A stretch of DNA of 64,000 bases from Mustelus asterias (Eukaryota): assembly GCF_964213995.1 (NCBI RefSeq), contig NW_027590135.1, positions 930,001 to 994,000 on the forward strand, in the 5' to 3' direction. Both the position numbers and the translations under genes were made by a program. How positions within the stretch are numbered: the stretch's first letter is position 1; each line of letters starts with the position of its first letter. The notes under the pieces are model-generated. The model had not been told where the DNA came from, ran no database searches, and saw only the letters and a list, made by a program, of their open reading frames with translations. Shown one piece after another: positions 12,654 to 24,749 of the stretch.

Positions 12654-12699
12654 GTTTTAATGCTCATTCCACAAATTCTGGTTCCTTTCTCTCATACAT

Positions 12700-13160
12700 A
12701 GAAAAATGTTGCCTGGTCTTGAGGGTGTTGACTCTGAGGAGAGGTTGAATAAATGCGGATTGTTTTGACTGAAAAGACAGAGGCTGAGGGGAGACCTGAT
12801 AGAGGTGTACAAAATTGTGAGAGGCACAGACAGGGTGGATAATCAGAGGCTTTCTCCCAGGGTGGAAGTGTCAATTACAAGGGGCACATGTTCAAGGTGG
12901 GAGGGGGAAAGTTTAAGGGAGATGTGTGGGGGCGATTTTTCATGCGGAGTGGTGGATGCATGGAACATGCTGCCACAGGAGGTGGTGGAAGCAGGCACAT
13001 GAACAACATATAAGAGACATCTGGATTGGTCCATGAATAGGGAGGGAACAGAGAGATACGGACTAAGTCAGGTTTTTTAAGTCTAGTTCGGGCATCATTT
13101 CGATACAGGCTTAGAGGGCCGAAGGGTCTGTTCTTGCGCTGCACTTTTCTTTGTTTTCTT
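12700..13160 (+). mobile_element. CR1-like LINE 3' fragment
   Basis: GDLIEVYKIVRGTDRVD motif and CR1 3' UTR. Confidence 0.85.
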
Positions 13161-13885
13161 TAAACAGCGAATAGAAGCAAGAGTAGGCCATTCGGCCCAT
13201 TGAGCCTGCTCTACCATTCATTATGATCATCTCTGATCAAATTCTCTTTCCTGATCCCACCTTCCACCCATATCCCTTAATCCCTTCAGCCCCAAGAGCT
13301 ACATTTAATTCCTTCTTGACATCACACATTTTGGCCTCAGCTATTTTCTGCATGAGTGATTTCCACAGATTCACCACTCTCTGGTGGAGAAATTTCTCCT
13401 CACCTCGGTCTTAAAAATTTACCCTTTATCCTTACACAAAGGATATCGGTAACATTCTTCCTGAATCTACCCTTTCTCGTCCTGTTAGAATTTTATAAGT
13501 TCCTATGAGACCCCTCTCAATCTTCTAAACTCCAGTGAACATAATCCTAACTAACTTCATCTTTCTTCATATGACACTTGCCATCCCAGGAAGCAACCTG
13601 GGGAACCTTCGCTGCACTCCCCCTGTAGCAAGGACATCCTTCCTCAGATAAGGACACCAAAACTGCACACAATACTCCAGGTGTGGCCTCATCATTGCCC
13701 TATACAACTGCAGTAAAACATCCCTATTCTTCGACACAAATCCTCTCCCTCTCAAGGCCAACGTACCATTTGCCGTCTTTTTGTCTGTGTACCTATGCAC
13801 TTACTTTCAGGGACTGAACAAAGAAGAGTACAGCACAGGAACAGGCCCTCTCACCCCCCAAGTCTGTGCCGACGCAGATGCCTCT

Positions 13886-14120
13886 TGTAATGACTTCAAT
13901 CAGGCCATTGAGGTTGGCCGATTGGAGAATGAACTCCCTGAATAAGGATCCAATTGATGGGCCAATCAGTGAGTCTTTGCCTTGTACTAAACTGGGAGTG
14001 TCAATTCCTCTAACACCCCTGGAGGTAGACTGCTAACTGTAAGCACTCGGTGTACTGCTGTTAGAGGTGTAAATAAGGGCATTTTGATGAAGGAACTTCT
14101 GCCTCCGCAGACTTATTACA
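13886..14120 (+). mobile_element. Solo LTR (235 bp)
   Basis: TGTAAT...ATTACA termini; 5-bp TSD CCTCT at 13881-13885 and 14121-14125; internal CCAAT and AAATAA; splits a CR1 3' UTR. Confidence 0.85.
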
Positions 14121-15103
14121 CCTCTCTCATCTAATATTTTCTTGCCTCGATGTGGTCCATATCCCTCTGTTCCCTGCTGATTCATGTATCTATCCAGATG
14201 CCTCTTGAACGTTGTTACAGAATCTGCTTCCACTACTTCCTCTGACAGCACGTTCCAGGCATTCACCACTCTCTGTCTGAAAAACTTGCTCCTTACATCT
14301 CTTTTAAACTTTCCCTCTCACCTTTGTCTCGAGTTATTGACTGCTCGACCCTGGGAAAAAGACTCTGACAATCCACTCTATCCAACCCTGTCATAATCTT
14401 GTAAACCTCTCTCAGGTCCCCCCTCGTCCTCTGATGCTCCAAAGAAAACAATCCACGTTTGTTCAACCTTCTTCATAGTCCATAATCCTCCAAACCAGGC
14501 AACATCCTGGAAAATCTCTTCTGCACCCTTTCCAATGTATCAACATTCTTCTGGAAGTGTGGCGACCAGAATGGTACACAATACTCCAAATGTGGCCTAA
14601 CCAAAGTCTTATGCATTAAGACTTGATTGTACTGATTGATGCACAAGGACACCGAGGTCTCGCTGAGTATCCACCTTCATCAATTTACACCCATTCAAAT
14701 AATAATCTGCCTTCCTATTTTTGCTACTGAAGTGAAGAATGAAGTGGTCACCGCATATTTATCCACATTATACTACATCTGCCATGCAGATGCCCACGCA
14801 CTCAGCCTGTCCAAATCGCGCTGAAGGATCTCTGCATGCCCCTCACAGCTCACCCTCCCACCCAATATTGTATCATCTCCATATTTGGAGATAATACATT
14901 TAGTTCCCACGTCCAAATCATTCATATATAATATGAACAGTTGGGGTCCTAGCGCTGATCCCTGCGGTCCTCCACTAATCACTGCCTTCCAATTGGAAAA
15001 AGACCCATTTATGCCATGTTTTTACTTCCTGTCTGTTAATCAGCTTTCTATCCATCTCAAGACGCCACCCACAATCCCATGTACTTTACCTTTACATAGT
15101 AGA

Positions 15104-15392
15104 GGGGCGGCACAATGGTTACTACTGCTGTCTCACAGCGCCAAGGACCCAGGTTCGATTCCCGGCTTGGGTCACTGTCTGTGTGGAGTCTGCACGTTCC
15201 CTCCGTGTCTGTGTGTGTTTCCTCTGGGTACTCCAGTTCCTCCCACAGTCTGAAAGACGTGCTGGTTCGGTGCATTGGTCATGCTAAATTCTCCCTCAGT
15301 CTACCTGAACAGCCGCCGGGGTATGGCGACGAGGGGATTTTCACAATACCTTCATTGCAGTGTTAATGTAAACCTACTAACAAACAAACTGT
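15104..15392 (+). mobile_element. HE1-like V-SINE
   Basis: GGGGCGGCAC..GGTTCGATTCCCGGC tRNA-like head followed by the V-domain. Confidence 0.85.
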
Positions 15393-15710
15393 AACCTTTA
15401 ACAATTAAAAACATTAGGAGCGACCCTGTCGAAAGTCTTCTGAAATTCTAAAGAAACAACATCCACCGGTTCTTCCTGGTCAACTCAACTAGTTACATCC
15501 TCGAAGAATTCCAGTAGTTTTATCAAGCATGATTTCCCTTTTGTAAATCCATGCTGACTTTATCTGATCATAACACTGCTTTCCAAACGCTTGGTAATGG
15601 GCTCGAGCAGCTGCCCTACGACTGACGTTCGGCTGACTGGTCATTGGTTCCCTCTTTCCTCTCTACCTCTGTTTTTGAATACAGGGTTTAGATTAGTTAC
15701 CTCTCTATCC

Positions 15711-15872
15711 CTTGAAAGTGCTGACTCTGGCTGGGTTCAGTTCTACACTCACTGGTTCCTCTCTCTCTCTCCTGAAGGTGCTGACTCTGGCTGGGTTCAG
15801 TTCGACACTCACTGGTTCCTCTCTCTCTCTCCTGAAGGTGCTGACTCTGGTTGGGTTCTGTTCAGACACTGG
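15711..15872 (+). repeat. 60-bp tandem repeat (~2.6 units)
   Basis: Units start at 15711, 15771 and 15831. Confidence 0.9.
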
Positions 15873-16282
15873 AAATCTGCAATAAAAGCAGAAAAGAAAG
15901 CTCAGCCGATTGGGCAGCATCTGTTTCGAGAGAGAAACAGAGTTAGTTTTTCAGGTTTGTGACCTTTCATCAGAACTTGAAAACAGAAACTGGGAAGATG
16001 TTTCGGCCATTCAGCCCTTCGTGTCTGTTCCATCATTCAATGTGATCATGGCTGATCCTCTATCTCAATTCCATATTCTGTTTTTTCCCAATACCCCTTG
16101 ATGCCATTAAAATCTAAAAACAATCTCTCTCTCCTTCTTGAACCTATGCAGTGACTTGGTCTTCACAGCTTCTTTGGCCGAGAATTCCATAGGTTCACCA
16201 CCCTCTGAGTGAAGAAATTTCCCCTCATCTCATTCCTAAATGGTGTTCCCCGTATCCTAAGACTGAGCCCCCTTGTTCAACA

Positions 16283-17731
16283 TTCAAAGAACAAAGAAAA
16301 TTACTGCACAGGAACAGGCCCTTCAGCCCTCCAAGCCTGCACCGACCATGCTGCCCGACTGAACTAAAACCCCCTACCCTTCCGGGACCATATCCCTCTA
16401 TTCCCATCCTATTCATGTATTTGTCAAGACGCCCCTTAAAAGTCACGACCGTATCCACTTCCACTACCTCCCCTGGCAACGAGTTCCAGGCACCCACTAC
16501 TCTGTGTAAAAAATCTGCCTCGTACATCTTCTTTAAACCTTGCCCCTGGCACCTTCAACCTGTGCCCCCTAGTAATTGACTCTTCCACCCTGGGAAAAAG
16601 CTTCTGACTATCCACTCTGTCCATGCCTCTCATTATCTGGTAGACATCTATCAGGTCGCCACTCAACCTCCGTTGCTCCAGTGAGAACAAACCAAGTTTC
16701 TCCAACCTCTCCTCATAGCTAATGCCCTCCATACCAAGCAACATCCTGGTAAATCTTTTCTGTACCCTCTCCAAAGCCTCTACATCCTTCTGGTAGTGTG
16801 ACGACCAGAATTGAACACTATATTCCAAGCGCGGCCGAACTCAGGTTCTATAAAGCTGCAACATGGCTTGCCAATTTTTAAACTCAATGCCCCGGCCGAT
16901 GAAGGCAAGCATGCCGTATGCCTCCTTGACTACCTTCTCCACCTGCATTGCCACTTTCAGTGACCTGTATGCCTGTACACCCAGATCTCTTTGCCTATCA
17001 GTACTCTTAAGTGTTCTGCCATTTACTGTATATTTCCTAACTGTATTAGACCTACCAAAATGCATTACCTCACATTTATCCGGATTAAACTCCATCTGCC
17101 ATCTCTCTGCCCATGTCTCCAACTGATCTACATCCTGCTGAATCCTCTGATGGTCCTCACCGCTATCCGGAAATCCACCAACCTTTGTGTCGTCTGCAAA
17201 CGTACTAATCAAACCAGTTACATTTTCCTCCAAATCATTTATATATATTACAAACAGCAACAGTCCCAGCACTGATCCTTGAGGAACGCCACTTGTCACA
17301 GCCCTCCATTCAGAAACACACCATTCCACTGCTACCCTCTGTTTTCTGTGACCAAGCCAGTTTTGTATCCACGTAGCCAGCTCACATCTGATCCCATGCA
17401 ACTTCACCTTCTGCACCAGTCTGCCATGAGGGACCTTGTCAAAGGCCTTGCTGAAGTCCATGTATACAACATCCACTGCCCTACCCTGATCAATCATCTT
17501 TGTTACTTCCTCGAAAAACTCGATCAAGTTCGTGAGACACAACCTCCCCTTCACTAATACGTCCACTTATTTCCAAGTGGGAATAAATCCTGTCTTGAAG
17601 AATCCTCTCCAATAATTTCCCTACCACTGATGTCAGGCTCACCGGCCTGTAATTACCTGGATTATTCTTGCAACACTTCTAAAATAAAGGAACAACATTG
17701 GCTGTTCTCCAATCCTCTGGGACCTCCCCTG
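16283..17731 (-). mobile_element. CR1-like LINE, 5' truncated
   Basis: RT ORF 16841-17566; C-terminal ORFs; CAAAGAA-type tail on +. Confidence 0.92.
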
Positions 17732-17899
17732 TAAGAGTTTTAACAGCACCAGGTTAAGGTCCAACAGGTTTATTTGGTAGCAAATACCATTAGCTTTCGG
17801 AGCACTGCTCCTTCGTCAGATGGAGTGGAAATCTGCTTTCAAACAAATGGAAATCCATTTTGAGAGCACTGTTTGAGAGCAGATTTCCACTCCATCCGA
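17732..17899 (+). mobile_element. Penelope-like terminal repeat with hammerhead core (core on the minus strand)
   Basis: Same family as 7128; TAGCTTTCGGAGCACTGCTCCTTCGTCAG; internal inverted arms. Confidence 0.75.
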
Positions 17900-17904
17900 C
17901 AATT

Positions 17905-20900
17905 TCTGACCTGGGAAAAAGCTTCCAACTGTTCACCCTATCCATGTCCTTCATAATTTTATAAACTTCTATTAGGTCGCCCCTCAACCTCCGTCTTTCC
18001 AGGGAGAACAACCTTAGTTTACTGAATCTCACCTCATAGCTAAAACCCTCCATACCAGGCAACATCCTGGTAAACCTTTTCTGCACTCTCACCAAAGCCT
18101 CCACGTCCTTCTGGTAGTGTGGCGACCAGAACTGGACGCAGTATTCCAAATGTGGCCGAAGCAACGTTCTATATAACTGCAACATCATATGCCAACTTTT
18201 AAACTCTATGCCCCGTCCAATAAAGGCAAGCATGCCATATGCCTTCTTCACCACCTTTTCCACCTGTGCTGCCTCCTTTAAGGATCTGTGGACTTGCACA
18301 CCCAGATCCCTCTGTGTGTCTATACACCTGATGGTTCTGCCATTTATTGTATAGCTCCCCCCTGCATTAGATCTACCAAAATGCATCATTTAGCATTTAT
18401 CTGGATAAAGTTCCATCTGCCATTTCTCCGCCCAATTTTCCAGCCTATCTATATCCTGCTGTATTCTCTGGCAATGTTCATCACTATCCGCAACTCCAGC
18501 AATCTTTGTGTCGTCTGCAAAGTTACTAATCAGACCAGCTACATCTTCTTATAAATCATTTATATATATATCACAAACAGCAGAGGTCCCAGTACAGAGC
18601 CCTGTGGAACACCACTAGTCACAAACCTCCAATCAGAAAAAGAACCCCCCACTGCTACCCTCTGTCTTCTATGGCCAAGCCAGTTCTGTACCCATCTCGC
18701 TAGTTCACATTTGATCCTGTGAGATTTAACCTTTTGCACCAGTCTGCCATGAGGGACCTTGTCAAATGCTTTACTAAATTCCATGTAGACGACATCCACG
18801 GCCCTTCCCTCGTCAATCATTTTTGTCACCACCTCAAAAAACTCAACCAAATTTGTGAGGCATGCCCTCCCTCGTACAAAACCATGTTGTCTATCGCTAA
18901 TGAGACTATTCAGTTCTAAATGTGCATAGATCCTATCTCTAAGAATCTTCTCCAACAATTTCCCTATCACGGACGTCAAGCTCACTGGCCTATAATTCCC
19001 GGGTTATCCTTGCTACCCTTCTTAAATAACGGGACCACATTTGCTATCCTCCAATCCTCTGGGACCTCAGCTGTGTCCAATGAAGAAACAAAGATTTCTG
19101 TTAGAGGCCCAGCAATTTCATCTCTTGTCTCTCTCAATAATCTGGGACAGGTGCCATCTGGCCCTGGGGATTTGTCTACCTTTATGCTTCCTAAAACACC
19201 TAACACTTCCTCCCTTGTAATTGCGATTTGTTCTAACGGGTCTACACATCCCTCTGAGACACTACCAATCAACATGTCCCTCTTCTTTGTGAATACTGAT
19301 GCAAAGTATTCATTTAGGATCTCACCTACTTCCTTGGGTTCTCAGCATAATTCCCCTCCTTTGTTCTTGAGAGGTCCGACTCTTTCTCTGACAACCCTCT
19401 TGTTCCTAACATATGTATAAAATGCCTTGGGATTCTCCTTAATGAAGGGGCAGCGCTCCGAACCTAGTGGCTTGTGCTACCAAATAAACCTGTTTGACTT
19501 TAACCTGGTATTGCGAGACTTCTTGCTGTGTTTATCCCAGTCCAACGCCGGCATCTCCACATCATATTCTCCTTAACCAGTAGTGCAACTCCCCCACCCC
19601 TTTTACATCCCCCTCTATCCCGCCTGAAACATCTGTATCCTGGAATGTTAAGCTGCCAATCCTGTCCTTCCCTTAACCAAGTCTCTGTAATGGCAACAAC
19701 ATCGTATTTCCTAGTACTAATCCAAGCTCTAAGTTCATCTGCCTTACCTGTTACACCTCTCGCATTGAAACAGATGCACTTCAGTCCACCAGACCCTCTT
19801 TGATTATGAACCCCACCCTGCCTGCTGTTTCTCTGGGTCTTACTGGTCCTACTCTCTGGTTCTCCTTCAGCTAATTCACCTTTGCTTTGGTTCCCACCCC
19901 CCTGCTAAACTAGTTTAAATCCTTCCATGTGACATTGGCAAACCTCCCGGCCAGAATATTTATGCCCTCCCAGTTTAGATGCAACCCGTCCTTCTTGTAC
20001 AGGTCCCATCTGCCCCGAAAGAGACTCCCATCGTCCAGATATCTGAAACCCTCCCTCCTGCACCAGCTGTTTAGCCACATGTTGAGCTGCACTATCTTTC
20101 TATTCCTAGCCTAACTGGCATGTGGCACAGGGAGTAATCCTGAGATTACAACCCTTGAGATCCTGCTTTTTAACTTTCTACCTAACTCCCTAAACTGCTG
20201 CTGCAGGACCTCATCACTCCTCTTACCTATGTCGTTAGTACCAATATGTACCACGACCTCTGGCTGTTCACGCTCTCCCTTCAGAATGCTTTCTGTTTGT
20301 TCAGTGACATCCTGAACCCTGGCACCAGGGAGGCAACATACCATCCTGGAGTCTCTTTCACGTCCACAGAAACGCCTATCTACACCCCTAACTATAGAAT
20401 CCCCTATAACTATTGTTCTAGTGCTCTTTGTCTCTCCCTGCTTAACAACAGCCATGGTGCCACTGCTTTGGCTCCTGCGGCTGTTATTCCCTGATAGCCC
20501 ATCTCCCCCAACAGTATCCACAACGGTATACTTGTTACAGAGGGAGATGACCACAGGCACTGACTGCCTGCCCCTTCTGGCGGTCACCCATCCATCTGCC
20601 TGCACCTTGGGTGTGACCACGTCTCTAAACTCCTATCTATGATGCTTTCCGCCTCCTTCATGCTCCTAAGAGCATCCAACTGCTGCTCCAACCTATCCAT
20701 GCGGTCTGAAAGGAGCTGCAATTGGGTGCACTTCCTGCAGACATAGTTGTCCGAGATGCTGGAAGCCCTGGATCTCCCACATCCCACAAGTGCAACACTT
20801 AACCCCACCAACCGACATTTCGAGCACCAATTAAATTATTTGAGAAAATTTATAAAACTCTTACCTTCACTTTTACCAACTCACAGTGCCCTTTTTTTTT

Positions 20901-20990
20901 GGTTAGAAGGGGGAGGGAGGGAAACACTAATGTAGTGTTCTGGGCTTACCGCTCCTTGACACCAGATCTTCAGCTTCCCACTTCTTGGTA
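17905..20990 (-). mobile_element. CR1-like LINE with ORF1 and partly deleted ORF2; Penelope-like piece at 19443-19563
   Basis: ORF1 esterase motifs IGDSIVRG, VHIGTND, DGLHLN; RT motifs 17905-19440. Confidence 0.92.
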
Positions 20991-22088
20991 AATGTTGCTG
21001 GTCTGCCCAGCCCTGTTTGAATTTTATCTGTTTTAATCAGATCTCATCTGATCCTTTCCTTTCTGTTTTTCACACCAAAGTGTATAACTTCACATTTAGC
21101 TGCGTTGTGCTGCATCTGCCATGTGTTTGTTCACTCACTCAACTTGTCCAAATCACCATGAAGCCTCCATGCATCCTCCTCACAACTTACAATTCTGCCC
21201 AGTTTTGTGTTGTCAGCAAACGTGGAAATGTTACGTTTGGTTCCCTCATCCAGGTCGTATATGTGAACAATGGGATTAGAATAGATAGATGCTGATGGCC
21301 GGCACATACACGAGGGGCTGAATGGCCTCTGTCTGTGCTGTAAAATTCGATGACTCTCTGACCTCCGAAAGAAGTCATTCATTTGGGAACTCCTGAGATA
21401 ATGATTGGTTCGATAGAAATAAAGATCTCTTGTCTTTTCTCTGGTGTCTTACACTTTGTTCCTTGCTTCCTGACAGGAATCTCCAAACTGGGGGAATTGT
21501 GGATCCTGGTGACATCACCCTGTTGGGGATGAAGCTATTGTCACAGGGTCCTGTGTTGTCAATGTACCGACCCGTTACCATAGTTACCCAGTTTCACTGG
21601 ATGTTGGCAGAATGTTTACCATCGGTTTGGTGGTCGACCTGCCAGCTGTTCATACAGAATACAGATGCTGTGAGTGAGCATTGTCCGCCTCCCACTTACA
21701 GCAATGACAGTGACAACCTGCATCGTTTCCTATTGGGACTAGAGTCATAGTCAGAGTCACAGAGATTTACAGCTGGAAACAGGCCCTTCAGCCCAACTCG
21801 TCCAAGCTGCCCTGATTTTGCCATTAAACTAGTCCAGGTGCTTGCGTTTGCCCCATATCCCTCGATACCAATCTTACCCATGTAACTATCTAAATGCTTT
21901 TTAAAAGGCAAAATTGTAACCACCTCTACTACTACCTCTGGCAGCTCGTTCCAGACACTCACCACCGTCTGTGCAAAAATTGCCCCTCTGGACCCTTTTG
22001 TGTTTCTCCCCTCTCACGTTAAACCTATGCCCTCCACTTTAAAACTCCCCGATCTTTGAGAAAAGACATTGACTATCGAGCTGATCTA

Positions 22089-23398
22089 TAGAACCATAGA
22101 ACCATAGAAAATTACAGCTCAGAAACAGGCCTTTTGGCCCTTCTTGTCTGTGCCGAACCATTTTATGCCTAGTCCCACTGACCTGCACTTGGACCATATC
22201 CCTCCACACCCCTCTCATCCATGAACCCGTCCAAGTTTTTCTTAAATGTTAAAAGTGACCCCGCATTTACCACTTTATCCGGCAGCTCATTCCACACTCC
22301 CACCACTCTCTGCGTGAAGAAGCCCCCCCTAATATTCCCTTTAAACTTTTCTCCATTCACCCTTAACCCATGCCCTCTGGTTTTTTTCTCCCCTAGCCTC
22401 AGCGGAAAAAGCCTGCTTGCATTCACTCTATCTATACCCATCAAAATCTTATACACCTCTATCAAATCTCCCCTCAATCTTCTACGCTCCAGGGAATAAA
22501 GTCCCAACCTATTCAATCTCTCTCTGTAACTCAGCTTCTCAAGTCCCGGCAACATCCTTGTGAACCTTCTCTGCACTCTTTCAATCTTATTTACATCCTT
22601 CCTGTAACTAGGTGACCAAAACTGTACACAATACTCCAAATTCGGCCTCACCAATGCCTTATATAACCTTACCATAACACTCCAACTTTTATACTCGATA
22701 CTCCGATTTATAAAGGCCAATGTACCAAAGGCACTCTTTACGACCCTATCCACCTGTGACGTCACTTTTAGGGAACTCTGAACCTGTATTCCCAGATCCC
22801 TCTGTTCAACTGCACTCTTCAGAGTCCTACCATTTACCCTGTACGCTCTTCTTTGGTTTGTCCTTCCAAAGTGCAATATCTCACACTTGGCTGCGTTAAA
22901 TTCCATTTGCCATTTTTCAGCCCATTTTTCTAGTTGGTCCAAATCCCTCTGCATGCTTTGAAAACCTTCCTCACTGTCCACTACACCTCCAATCTTTGTA
23001 TCATCAGCAAACTTGCTGATCCAATTTACCACATTATCATCCAGATCATTGATATAGATGACAAACAACAATGGACCCAACACCGATCCCTGCGGCACAC
23101 CACTAGTCACAGGCCTCCACTCAGAGAAGCAATCCTCCACAACCACTCTCTGGCTTCTTCCATTGAGCCAGTGTCTTATCCAATTTACTACCTCCCCATG
23201 TATACCCAGCGACTGAACCTTCCTAACTAACCTCCCATGAGGGACCTTGTCAAAGGCCTTGCTGAAATCCAGGTAGACAACATCCACCGCCTTCCCTTCA
23301 TCCACCTTCCTGGTAACCTCCTCGAAAAACTCTAATAGATTGGTCAAACATGACCGACCACGCACAAAGCCATGTTGACTCTCCCTCATCAGTCCCTG
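22089..23398 (-). mobile_element. Young 5'-truncated CR1 with an uninterrupted RT/C-terminal frame (22169-23389, 406 aa)
   Basis: No stops from SQHGFV to GQWD; (TATGGTTC)n tail. Confidence 0.95.
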
Positions 23399-23440
23399 AA
23401 AGAAGAAGCAAACCGTTTGCTACTAATCTGATCCAAAATC

Positions 23441-23531
23441 CGACTCTGGTGGGACTCGAACCCACAACCTTTGAATGGCTAACTTGCCCTTATTTAGAAA
23501 TCCAACGCGCTATCCATTGCGCCACAGAGCC
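23441..23531 (-). tRNA. tRNA-Arg(TCT) with 18-nt intron (23477-23494), apparently a retroposed pre-tRNA copy
   Basis: GGCTCTGTGGCGCAATGGATAGCGCGTTGGA-TTTCTA-[AATAAGGGCAAGTTAGCC]-ATTCAAAGGTTGTGGGTTCGAGTCCCACCAGAGTCG; U32 instead of the usual C32. Confidence 0.93.
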
Positions 23532-24749
23532 TCATTATTTTATAGGTCTCTATAAGATCATCCCTAAGCCTCCTGCACTCCAGGGAAAAAGTCCCAGTCT
23601 ATTCAGTCTCTCATAACTCAAACCATCAAGTCCTGGTAGCATCCTAGTAAATCTATTTTGCACTCTTTCAAATTTAATAATATTCTTTCTATAATAGAGT
23701 GACCAGAACTGCTCACGGTATTCCTAGTGTGGCCTTACCAATGTCTTGTGCAACTTCAACATGACGTACAAAATCCTATGTGAGGATAAATGGGCCAATA
23801 CATTGCATTGCCATTCCTACAGTTGTTAATGAAGTGAAAAAGCCTGTGTTTAATGAACTGCCCCATGTGGAAATCTGCTCGAATGTAACAACACTGCAAA
23901 ATCCTCAATTATTGTTGTTTCTGATCAACCAGCCCTGGAAGCCCCGATTGGTCTGAAGTTGGAGATGAAGAGGAGCCAAATCTCAACAACTTGCTGACAG
24001 ACATAAAATTCAGCTGCTTTGGAGCAAGGTGATCCTCGAACAGGCCATTCAGAGTAGCCAATACCCTGGAACGTCACCGCTGCTGGAGAACAGAGATGGA
24101 GTGAGCAAGGCCAGATTCTCGAGTGGTCAAAATGGGACCTCAGTCATTGATGGAGTCTCCTACTCCAGTTCTCACTCCTTTTGACATTGTTGGATGGGTT
24201 GAAGTGGAGGAAATTAGTCAGGATGGAAGTGGTGACGAGATTCACAGTCACTCCGTTAGCTTAGAGACCATTTTTAAGGCAATATGTGCAGCGACTCCAC
24301 TCTGGGGTGGATGTCAGATCAGCTCACCAGGTGGAAGGAGACCGAGAGCACAGACGAGGCCATTCAGCCCCAATACTTTCTTAAATGCTCCGTTGTGCAG
24401 TTCAAAAACTAGAAGTCTGGGATTCGAGCCAAGTTACGCAGGTGACTGGGAAAAGCACCATCGGATTAATCAGACCACTGGCCCATACCGGAAAGACTAA
24501 AAGCCCAGCACAGGGACGTCAACAGGTATTTTCACTTTTAATGTTTCTTCTTTACTCTAAATAACTTCTTGTGTTTGTATAATTATCATAAATGTTTCGC
24601 ATTAAAACAAATACTCTGAATATTTAGCATTGCTGGAGAAGTGTAACTGGGAACAATGCCCTGTTCATTCAGTTTGAGGAACACTTCCTGACAGAGGAAG
24701 ACTGGGACATGACAGCTTCTCCCTATCAGCTCCTTCCAATTCCCCCCAC

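Larger units (their letters stand above)
13165..15700 (-). mobile_element. Nested, degenerate CR1-like fragments
   Basis: RPHLEYCVQFW, GGPQGSALGP and YGDD pieces on the minus strand; interrupted by a solo LTR and a SINE. Confidence 0.8.
21740..23776 (-). mobile_element. Older CR1 3' fragment split into 21740-22088 and 23532-23776 by a chimeric insertion
   Basis: The halves rejoin to the family sequence GCTGATCT(GTGCCCC)TCATTATTTTATAG seen uninterrupted at ~27805-27835 (opposite strand) and ~48138-48170. Confidence 0.88.

Noticed and set aside
15104-15170. HE1 SINE heads as tRNA genes
   Set aside because: A/B boxes only, no cloverleaf; continue into the V-SINE body
21330-21720. Series of small minus-strand exons
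   Set aside because: Weak acceptors, very short introns and in-frame stops; the plus-strand acceptor is more convincing
24340-24390. RPFSPNTFLN resembling the Myb LPFSPSQFLN motif
   Set aside because: Too short, with no other Myb similarity nearby
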